DNA from: Candidatus Hermodarchaeota archaeon
GTDB lineage: Archaea > Asgardarchaeota > Lokiarchaeia > Sigyniarchaeales > SOKP01
DNA length: 11,805 nt
Direction of reading: 5' to 3'
Assembly: GCA_048885925.1 (NCBI GenBank)
Contig: JBHLLG010000090.1
Location: 1-11,805 of the forward strand
Below the pieces are notes generated by a model. That model had not been told where the DNA came from. It was given only the letters and a program-made list of their open reading frames with translations, and ran no database searches. Position 1 is the first letter of the stretch. Every line of letters starts with the position of its first letter. Position numbers and translations under genes: made by a program. Positions 1 to 7,179 of this stretch are shown here, one piece after another.

Positions 1-558
1 AGAGGGAAACCAGAAGATTATCGCTATAAAGCGATGAGAGAAAGATGGGGAACTAATGTAGTTTTAAAGAGTCTTACAAAAATATATATTTTTCAAGGTA
101 TTGTTATCTTTATAGTTGCTTTCCCTGTGTGGTTTACTAACATCAGTACTAATCCCTCCATTAATAACCTTTTAGACTTTTACGGAATTACTTTATGGCT
201 TGGAGTAATAATTTGGATTATAGGGTTCTTATTTGAAACTTTTGGAGATTATCAGTTATATAAATTCAAGCAAGATCCAAATAATAAAGGAAAAATATTA
301 GATCGAGGATTATGGAAATATTCGCAACATCCGAATTATTTTGGTGAAGTAACTCAATGGTGGGGAATCTATGTTATTACTATTGCTGTTCCTTTTGGAT
401 TCATTTCAATTGTAGGTCCAGTATTTATTACGTACATGATAATCAAAGTATCAGGTATCCGGTTATTAGATAAACATTATGAAGGTGACGATGACTATAC
501 CAATTATAAAAAAAAAACGCGTCTATTTTTTCCTTGGTTTCCAAAAAAGAGCAAATAA
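1..558 (+). CDS. DUF1295 family (steroid 5-alpha-reductase-like) membrane protein, 5'-truncated by the window edge
   Basis: Frame 1 is open from base 1 (RGKPEDYRYKAMRERWG), so ATG 34 is internal. It carries the family motifs EDxRY, ETFGDYQLYKFK, GLWKYSQHPNYFGE-WWG and SGIRLL plus hydrophobic helices, and ends FFPWFPK. Confidence 0.85.
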   Translation, partial: RGKPEDYRYKAMRERWGTNVVLKSLTKIYIFQGIVIFIVAFPVWFTNISTNPSINNLLDFYGITLWLGVIIWIIGFLFETFGDYQLYKFKQDPNNKGKILDRGLWKYSQHPNYFGEVTQWWGIYVITIAVPFGFISIVGPVFITYMIIKVSGIRLLDKHYEGDDDYTNYKKKTRLFFPWFPKKSK

Positions 559-569
559 AAATTTAAATT

Positions 570-590
570 ATTTTTATTAATTTTTTTTCT
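570..590 (+). terminator. Possible archaeal oligo-T terminator after the DUF1295 gene
   Basis: T5 and T8 runs lie 12-30 nt after the stop at 558. Weak evidence in such AT-rich DNA. Confidence 0.3.
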
Positions 591-692
591 ACTTATCCTA
601 TGATTTTTAATCTGAAAATTTTTAAATAGCCAAAAGTATCTAGAAAAGAAAGTAAAAGAAAATAGCAATAATTTCATGGATAATGCTTAAAA

Positions 693-698
693 GGGAGG
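693..698 (+). promoter_or_regulatory. Shine-Dalgarno site (GGGAGG) for the GTG start at 703
   Basis: aaGGGAGGaaaaGTG is the only G-rich patch next to the start codon. Confidence 0.65.
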
Positions 699-702
699 AA
701 AA

Positions 703-1608
703 GTGGAGCAAGAAAAAGCAACTTATGACACTAATGAAAATATATCGAATTCTATAATCAAAGAAGAGATTAATTTGCAATTACATTGGTATTTGCCTAT
801 ATTTTTTATAATTTATTTTGGTTCATTTTTAATTCCGGCGATCATCCTTATGATATTCATTATGTTTTTATATTTACCCTATTTCTTAGAAATAACTAGT
901 TTTGTTAATATTTTTACTAATCTACCATCTTTACTATCAGCTTTAACGTTACCTATCATAGTTATTGCATGCTATCTATTACATTTAGTCTTTATAGCAA
1001 TCATAACTCGCTGGTTTTGGAGATTTACAGAAAGGAAGTCCCCTTCAAAAGCGGGCATAATACCTCGAAATATCCCTAGTAAGACTCTAAACTATTATCA
1101 TCTTCGTTCTTTTGTAATAAAGTATCCTAAGAATGCTTTTTCACGAGGTCCCTTTCCATGGCTTTTAAAATGGATGTTTAATTTTGTGGGAGCTAACCAG
1201 GTTGGAAAAGGTTCTGTCATTGAAGAACAGGTCGCTGGAGATAGATTTGTTAAAATTGGAGAGAATTCATATATTGGGATAAATGCAGCGATTAGTTCAC
1301 ATGCAGTCGATGGAATTTTCGGTAATATTTCATTTGCCGAAATAAATATTGGAAATAATGTCACTACTGCCGGTTTTAATTGCATTGCTCCTGGTGTTGA
1401 AACTGGAGATAATTCATGGTGGTTACCCATGACTGGAGCTACAAAATATAATATTCTTTCTGGTAACAACCATTATTTCGGCACTCCTCTAAGAAAAATC
1501 TTTAAAAAGAAAGTTATGGAATATTTACAAATTACAGAAGAAGATCTAAAAAGAGCAGAAGGGCTAAGCAATAGTTCTATTGAAAAGATAAAAGGCAATA
1601 AAAAATAG
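703..1608 (+). CDS. Membrane-anchored left-handed beta-helix (hexapeptide-repeat) acyltransferase-like protein, paralogue 1 (His-containing)
   Basis: Two long hydrophobic N-terminal segments, linker PSKAGII...YYHLR...GPFPW, then hexapeptide turns (VGKGSVI, VKIGENSYIG, INIGNNVT, PGVETGDNS) with SSHAVDG and terminal YFGTP. Confidence 0.75.
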   Translation: MEQEKATYDTNENISNSIIKEEINLQLHWYLPIFFIIYFGSFLIPAIILMIFIMFLYLPYFLEITSFVNIFTNLPSLLSALTLPIIVIACYLLHLVFIAIITRWFWRFTERKSPSKAGIIPRNIPSKTLNYYHLRSFVIKYPKNAFSRGPFPWLLKWMFNFVGANQVGKGSVIEEQVAGDRFVKIGENSYIGINAAISSHAVDGIFGNISFAEINIGNNVTTAGFNCIAPGVETGDNSWWLPMTGATKYNILSGNNHYFGTPLRKIFKKKVMEYLQITEEDLKRAEGLSNSSIEKIKGNKK

Positions 1609-1624
1609 ATAAAATTAGGTAAAA

Positions 1625-2548
1625 ATGAGTGAAAAATCAGAAAATATAAAGGAAAATATGCTACAATTGGATTTAAATGCGACTAATATTGAAAAACCAG
1701 ATTACATGGTTGATTTTGTAACAACTAGCGCCATTAGCAAAATAGGATATAAATTTCTTATTTTTTATATACCGATCCTGTGGGTTTCAGGATATATGGC
1801 AGTTGCAGTTTTCTTTGATATTTCTAAACTAATTAATAATTGGATTATTACTATGTTTCTTTTGCCCATTTGGTTATTTGTTTTATATTTTATCTTCGTA
1901 TTTGGTATTGCGATTTTTACCAGAGCTTTCTTATTAATAATAAATATGATTCACAAACCTAAAGAAGGAATTTTTAAAGCGGAAGAGGGTAATAAAGATT
2001 ATGAATTCTGGAGATTAAGGGTGGAATTGAAGAAGTTAGTCTTTTGGCTTATGAATAATGGTCCATTGCCATGGATTGTAATGTGGGGCTTCAGGTGGAT
2101 GGGTATTCGTGTAGATTTCTCTAGTCATATGCATGATGCGTGGGCAAGTGGAGGATTCATTAAATTTGGTCGAAATGTTACTGTCGGGCAAGGTGCTGTT
2201 GTGATGGGTTCAATGGTGGTTGGGAAATATTTGATAATTAAAAAAGTAGTTCTTGGAGATCATACTGTTATCGGTGGCGTTTCTAATGTTTCTCCTGGTA
2301 GTAAAATCGGAAAAGAATCTGTTTTAGCCGCTTTTACTACAACTGTTCCAAATCAATTTTGTGAACCAGGATGGATATATTTAGGACCACAATTTGCCAG
2401 AAAATTAAAACCTAATAAATATGCTGAAGAACGAAGGGATATTATTTATAGAAAGGATGTGGACAAAGAGATTAAATATAAAGTTCAACAAGAAGTTAAC
2501 ATCGACGAGGATAAAAAATCATTATTAAATAATAATAAGGAGGAATGA
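1625..2548 (+). CDS. Membrane-anchored LbH acyltransferase-like protein, paralogue 2
   Basis: Two TM segments, PKEGIF...YEFWRLR...GPLPW, hexapeptide repeats (IKFGRNVTVGQGAVV, VVLGDHTVIG, PGSKIGKESVL), WIYLGP and a charged C-terminal tail. Starts 16 nt after paralogue 1. Confidence 0.75.
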   Translation: MSEKSENIKENMLQLDLNATNIEKPDYMVDFVTTSAISKIGYKFLIFYIPILWVSGYMAVAVFFDISKLINNWIITMFLLPIWLFVLYFIFVFGIAIFTRAFLLIINMIHKPKEGIFKAEEGNKDYEFWRLRVELKKLVFWLMNNGPLPWIVMWGFRWMGIRVDFSSHMHDAWASGGFIKFGRNVTVGQGAVVMGSMVVGKYLIIKKVVLGDHTVIGGVSNVSPGSKIGKESVLAAFTTTVPNQFCEPGWIYLGPQFARKLKPNKYAEERRDIIYRKDVDKEIKYKVQQEVNIDEDKKSLLNNNKEE

Positions 2549-2554
2549 AGATTA

Positions 2555-3403
2555 ATGTCAGTACCTTCAAGCTTAAAATGTGGACCTCACACTACCCTTG
2601 TTTTAGTTAAAAAAAGATATCTAATATTCTACATTTTCCTAATTTGGGTAAGTATTTTTTCAATACAATTTGAATTTTGGCTATTTTGGAAATTATATGA
2701 ACCAAAATTTATTCATTTTGTATTGTTTCTTCCTCTTTTAATATTTGTCATGTATATAACATCTATAGCTATATCATTAATTTTCGCAAAGATTTTTTTA
2801 ATTGTTGTTAATTTAATTCATAGACCACGTGAAGGTATATTTCTAAGACATCATTCCGATAAAAATTATAGATATTGGAGTATAAGGAGTGTTATAAAAA
2901 AATGGCCTTTATGGCTATCTCATAAATTTCCTTTTCCATTTATTGATAATATATGCTTAAAAATGTTTGGAATAAAAAATACCTATTCTAATTCTCTTTT
3001 TGAGGGATTTATTGATACTGAACTTATAGAATTTGGAAAGAATGTAGTAGTTGGTGAATCAGCTATAATCCAATCAGCAGTTATAGTTGGAAATTTATTT
3101 ATTATAAAAAAAACCATAATTGAAGATAATGTAATGATTGGGGCTCACAGTGTAGTTATGCCTGGAACACATATAAAAAAAAATTCTATTCTAGCAGGAA
3201 GTTCAATGACTACTGTAGGGCAAGTTTTAGATGAAGATTATATATATTTGGGAGCGCCAGCCAAAAAATTCAAAAAGAATGTATTCATAGAAGAAGGTTT
3301 AGAAGAGATAATTGAAAGACAATTTGAAGAAGATTTAATCTCAGATGTTCAATATGAAGATTTATATACTATGAGAAAGGATAAGCATACTCAAATCAAA
3401 TAA
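2555..3403 (+). CDS. Membrane-anchored LbH acyltransferase-like protein, paralogue 3
   Basis: Two TM segments, PREGIF...YRYWSIR...FPFPF, hexapeptide repeats (IEFGKNVVVGESAII, IIEDNVMIGAHSVVMPGTHIKKNSIL) and YLGAPAK. AGGAGG at 2538-2543; starts 6 nt after paralogue 2. Confidence 0.78.
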   Translation: MSVPSSLKCGPHTTLVLVKKRYLIFYIFLIWVSIFSIQFEFWLFWKLYEPKFIHFVLFLPLLIFVMYITSIAISLIFAKIFLIVVNLIHRPREGIFLRHHSDKNYRYWSIRSVIKKWPLWLSHKFPFPFIDNICLKMFGIKNTYSNSLFEGFIDTELIEFGKNVVVGESAIIQSAVIVGNLFIIKKTIIEDNVMIGAHSVVMPGTHIKKNSILAGSSMTTVGQVLDEDYIYLGAPAKKFKKNVFIEEGLEEIIERQFEEDLISDVQYEDLYTMRKDKHTQIK

Positions 3404-3450
3404 TTTAGGTATTTCTTGTTATTTTAAAAGATAATATGTGTTGATTTAAA

Positions 3451-4245
3451 ATGAAAGTTGGATATGTTCAAACATCTCCTATTTTTGGAGAAAAAGAGAA
3501 GAATTTTGAGCAAATAAACAATTTAATTGGTGAAATAAAAGCCGATTTACTCGTTTTACCAGAATTATTTGCAACAGGCTATGCTTTTGTTTCAAAAGAA
3601 GAAGCAGAATCATTGGCTGAAGGATTGGAAGATCAAACAACTCAGTTTTTAATTAAATTATCAAAAAAGACTAAAGCAGCTGTTGTTGGAGGATTTATAG
3701 AAAAGGATGAAGAGACACTATATAACTCTGCTATGATTGTTTTTGATTCAAAAATATTAGGAGTATATAGAAAACTTCACTTATATTATAAAGAAAAATT
3801 GTGGTTTTCTCCTGGAAATAAACAACTTGAAATTTATAATGTAAATAATATAAATATAGGAATAATGATTTGTTTTGATTGGATATTTCCAGAAACGATT
3901 CGATCGCTTTCACTACTTGGAGCGGATATAATAGCTCATCCCGCTAATTTAGTATTACCCTACTGTCAAAATGCAATGGTAACTAGATGTTTAGAAAATC
4001 GTGTATATGCAATAACCTCAAATAGAATAGGGGAGGAAAAAAGAGGTGTAGATCATTTTAAGTTCACAGGACGAAGTCAAATAACATCCTATAATGGAGA
4101 AATATTATCTTCAGCCCCAAAACTGAATGAGTATATTGACGTAATTAATATAGACATTATGAAAGCGAGGAATAAAAATCTTAATGATTATAACAATTTA
4201 TTTAATGATCGACGCATAGAATTTTATCAAAAAACCTTAAGTTAG
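3451..4245 (+). CDS. Nitrilase / carbon-nitrogen hydrolase superfamily protein (amidase-like)
   Basis: Complete Glu-Lys-Cys triad contexts: LLVLPELF, YRKLHL, ICFDWIFPE. Also YNSA, RCLENRVY and NRIGEE...FTGRSQI. Confidence 0.92.
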   Translation: MKVGYVQTSPIFGEKEKNFEQINNLIGEIKADLLVLPELFATGYAFVSKEEAESLAEGLEDQTTQFLIKLSKKTKAAVVGGFIEKDEETLYNSAMIVFDSKILGVYRKLHLYYKEKLWFSPGNKQLEIYNVNNINIGIMICFDWIFPETIRSLSLLGADIIAHPANLVLPYCQNAMVTRCLENRVYAITSNRIGEEKRGVDHFKFTGRSQITSYNGEILSSAPKLNEYIDVINIDIMKARNKNLNDYNNLFNDRRIEFYQKTLS

Positions 4246-4260
4246 AAAAAACGTTTTTTT

Positions 4261-5178
4261 ATGAAAATAGGATATCCTTGTATAAATTTGTCTTTAAATT
4301 GTAGGAGTAGTAGAACATTTCGTTTAAAGAATTATTCAGTAGAAAGACTCATAGAGACTATTGAAAATAATTTAAATTGCTTGTTGAAAATATTAGAATT
4401 TAACTATATTAACAAAATTTTCTTTTTTAGAATAACTTCGGATTTAATTCCTTTTGCTTCTCATCCTGTTATGCAATTTGATTGGCAACAACATTTTAAA
4501 ACGAAATTTAAAGAAATTGGTACATATATAAAGAAAAATTCTATGCGAATCACCATGCATCCAGGTCAATATACAGTTCTTAATTCTAAAAATGAAAAAG
4601 TGGTTCAAAATAGTATTAAAGAATTAGAATATCATGTAAATATTTTAAATTCACTAGGCTTAGATTCAGAAGCGAAAGTAATCACCCATGTGGGAGGCGT
4701 TTATGGTGATAAAAAAAATAGCATTAAACGGTTTATAGAAAGATATAGAGAGCTTGATGATAAAATAAAAAATCACTATGTTATTGAAAATGACGATAAA
4801 TATTATCAGTTGAAGGATTGTTTGTTAATCAATCAATCTACACAGATGCCAATTATTCTTGACACATATCATCATTATTGTCATAATGAAGGAGAATCTT
4901 TAGAAAATGCGATAAAATCTATATCCAATACATGGAAAGATAGGGATGGGATACCAGTTTTACATTATAGTTCTGAACATCCCTATAAAGGCAAATATAG
5001 ACATGCTGATGAAATTGATCTAAATCATTTCAAGAGCTTTTTAAAACAAACAACCAATTTCAATTTCGATCTAATGTTAGAAATTAAAAACAAAGAAAAA
5101 AGTGCTCTAATTGCTGTAAAAAGTCTAATTAATGATATTAGATTTAATCAAGATCTAATAGAATTATTAAATAATTAG
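4261..5178 (+). CDS. uvsE: UV DNA damage repair endonuclease UvsE (UVDE)
   Basis: Diagnostic motifs GYPCIN, FFRITSDLIPFASHP, MHPGQY, HVGGVYGDK, IENDD, LDTYHH, HYS, HAD and DLMLEIKNKE. Confidence 0.95.
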   Translation: MKIGYPCINLSLNCRSSRTFRLKNYSVERLIETIENNLNCLLKILEFNYINKIFFFRITSDLIPFASHPVMQFDWQQHFKTKFKEIGTYIKKNSMRITMHPGQYTVLNSKNEKVVQNSIKELEYHVNILNSLGLDSEAKVITHVGGVYGDKKNSIKRFIERYRELDDKIKNHYVIENDDKYYQLKDCLLINQSTQMPIILDTYHHYCHNEGESLENAIKSISNTWKDRDGIPVLHYSSEHPYKGKYRHADEIDLNHFKSFLKQTTNFNFDLMLEIKNKEKSALIAVKSLINDIRFNQDLIELLNN

Positions 5179-5221
5179 CGATATATTTTTTAAAATCAGA
5201 AATTTGTTATTATTGATGAGT

Positions 5222-5686
5222 ATGATTAAATTACCAAAAATGGAAGAAAGGGAAATAAAAGAAGCATTTAATACACATAATTTATGTAGAATCGCATTTA
5301 TTGATGATAAATACCCATATATTGCACCATTTCAATATGCTTATATAGGTGATGTTTTTTATTTTCATTTTACAGATTATGGTAAAAAAAAGGAAATAAT
5401 AATGAAAAATCAAAACATTTGTATATCAATTGAGCATTTCGAGCAAGATTTAAGTGGATATTATTTTATTTCAATGCAAGGTAAATTAGAATTGGTAGAG
5501 GATGATAATTTAAAAGAAAAAGTCATGAATCACATGGCAAAATCAGCAAAAATGAAATATTCAAAAAATTTTTTATCAGTCCATGGATTTAAAAAGAGTG
5601 AAGGTTGGGATGTTTTTACAGCAAAAGAACAATTGATTTATAGATTCAAGCCAATTGGACCTCCAATTGGTTTAAAATCTATTTAA
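5222..5686 (+). CDS. Pyridoxamine 5'-phosphate oxidase-like (NimA-like) flavin-binding split-barrel protein
   Basis: LCRIAF..D.YPYIAPFQY, FYFHFTDYGKK, N.NICISIE and SMQGKLELVED are typical of this fold. Start uncertain: TTG 5204, ATG 5216 or ATG 5222. Confidence 0.8.
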   Translation: MIKLPKMEEREIKEAFNTHNLCRIAFIDDKYPYIAPFQYAYIGDVFYFHFTDYGKKKEIIMKNQNICISIEHFEQDLSGYYFISMQGKLELVEDDNLKEKVMNHMAKSAKMKYSKNFLSVHGFKKSEGWDVFTAKEQLIYRFKPIGPPIGLKSI

Positions 5687-5739
5687 AACTACTGAAATTT
5701 TGTAATATAAAAAAATATTTAGATACTAATTAAAATTTT

Positions 5740-5808
5740 GATTTGGATAAGTGTGGCCAACTTTTAAAAATAAAATCTCGTTTTTCATTATTTTATTTCT
5801 TCCAAATC
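5740..5808 (-). promoter_or_regulatory. 3'-UTR stem-loop with AUGA...GA, candidate SECIS-like element
   Basis: On the minus strand just after the stop: outer 8-bp stem GAUUUGGA/UCCAAAUC (5808-5801 with 5747-5740), and inner stem AGAAAUAAAAU/AUUUUAUUUUU (5800-5790 with 5776-5766) closing the loop AAUGAAAAACGAG. Confidence 0.4.
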
Positions 5809-5809
5809 G

Positions 5810-6283
5810 TTATTCATTAATTTTTTTTAGAACCTGTAAAATCTCTTCATTTTCTGGAATATCATGCATATTTTTTCCATAATAGGCGTATTGAATGATA
5901 CCATTTTTATCGATTACTAATAATCCAGGCATTCGACCCAGTTTGCTTAACCTTACTTCTTGTTTTAACATTTCAGCAACTTGCTTTGATTCATCATAAA
6001 AAATAGGATACTTTCTAGCATATTTTTGTTCCATTTTTATAGCATTATCTTCATTATCTACTAATATTGGATATAAATAGCCATCCAATTCTTCAAATTT
6101 TTCTATATCTCTCCTTAATCTAGCAGCATGCCAACGACAAAATGGTCAATTGATATTTCTAAATAATACAAGCACAACATTCCTTTTACTTTCAAAATCT
6201 CTGATATTAATTGTTTCTCCTCTAGAATTTGGTAAACTAAATTCTTTGACTTTAGTCCCTACTAAATTGAATTTATCTTTCAA
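5810..6283 (-). CDS. Peroxiredoxin-like (AhpC/TSA, thioredoxin-fold) protein with in-frame TGA, probable selenoprotein (UxxC), 157 aa
   Basis: From TTG 6283 it reads MKDKFNLVGTKVKEFSLPNSRGETINIRDFESKRNVVLVLFRNIN-[TGA 6148..6146]-PFCRWHAARLRRDIEKFEELDGYLYPILVD..., continuing in frame into the listed 5810..6088 ORF (RMPGLLVIDKNGIIQYAYYG). The N-terminal F.LP...G..I pattern is typical of AhpC/TSA. AGTGA (SD-like) precedes the TTG, and an in-frame TAA lies further upstream. Confidence 0.82.
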
Positions 6284-6363
6284 TTTAACATCACTTTGGT
6301 TTTGATTTATATATTAAATAAAAATAAAATAAATATTGCTTAATTATATATTCTTTAAAATTT

Positions 6364-7179
6364 CTACGGTTGTAGTATCCCAGCAAAAGCTAACCAAGCT
6401 AACAGTGATTTTGCAACTAAACTTAAGATTATGTAAACACGTTCACCGAAGAGATAATCTTTCCAAGGTCCTACTCCTTTATATTGAAGTATCTGATTAA
6501 TGGCAAAACTATTGAATAAAACTAAATAGGTATAAAATATCCAATAGACGAAATCAGGTATACCCTCAGCATCTACACCATAAAAGTAACCAATAATGAC
6601 AATCCAAGGAATAGCACCAGAGATACATCCTAAAATGAAAGGCTTCCAGTTTGTTTTTTCTGTATACTGATTAACTAGCTCCATCATATAACCAAACATT
6701 ATCATCATAGCATTCAAAACAAAAATCATAATCAATGACCAAATGTCCCACACACCAAAAAGTAATGAAAGAAAAACTATCATAATTGAACTAGATAAAG
6801 CATATTCATACCAACGGTATGGATTAAAGCCCTTTTTAAGATGATTATTATATCTTTCATTCAATGGATAAGCGATTAAAAAATGAGCTAAAGCAGATAT
6901 TAGTAAGAATGAAGCCAAGACTGCTCCAAAATATGTTACAGTAAATAATACCTCAGGATTTGGATATATATTAAAAATATCAGGTGGAGTAAACTCATAA
7001 GTCAAATAAAAAGTATAAATATCTCTAGAGAAATTTAAAATCAGACCTACAGTCAACATTAATATTCCTTGTATCAAATGTAAGATACCCATATTCCGAT
7101 TAAACTTTTGCAAATAATCAAATGATATAGCAGAGCTTGCAATAATTTCTTGTCGTTCTTTAAAATTCATTTTAACCAT
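6364..7179 (-). CDS. heR: Heliorhodopsin
   Basis: Seven hydrophobic segments with the heliorhodopsin signatures LHLIQG (TM1 His), SALAHF (TM2 His), NPYRWYEYALSSSIM (TM3 Arg and Glu counterion), MIMFGYMME, FNSFAINQILQY, and GERVYIILSLVAKSLLAW (SxxxK retinal-binding Lys). ATG 7170 is an alternative start. Confidence 0.95.
   Translation of the reverse strand: MVKMNFKERQEIIASSAISFDYLQKFNRNMGILHLIQGILMLTVGLILNFSRDIYTFYLTYEFTPPDIFNIYPNPEVLFTVTYFGAVLASFLLISALAHFLIAYPLNERYNNHLKKGFNPYRWYEYALSSSIMIVFLSLLFGVWDIWSLIMIFVLNAMMIMFGYMMELVNQYTEKTNWKPFILGCISGAIPWIVIIGYFYGVDAEGIPDFVYWIFYTYLVLFNSFAINQILQYKGVGPWKDYLFGERVYIILSLVAKSLLAWLAFAGILQP

Noticed and set aside
34-36. ATG 34 as the start of the first gene
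   Set aside because: The frame is open upstream and includes the conserved EDxRY motif, so the true start lies outside the window.
1098-1469. 123-aa minus-strand ORF
   Set aside because: It lies entirely antisense to LbH paralogue 1 and has no recognisable motif; a shadow ORF.
3731-3913. 60-aa minus-strand ORF
   Set aside because: It is antisense to the nitrilase catalytic region and has no motif; a shadow ORF.
5810-6088. 92-aa ORF as a stand-alone gene or pseudogene fragment
   Set aside because: It lacks the redox motif. It is better explained as the C-terminal part of the 6283..5810 gene, whose only interruption is a TGA at the catalytic position.
6305-6352. TATATA/TTAA inverted symmetry and AAAAT repeats between heR and prx
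   Set aside because: Nearly pure A/T low-complexity sequence, where such symmetry is expected by chance.
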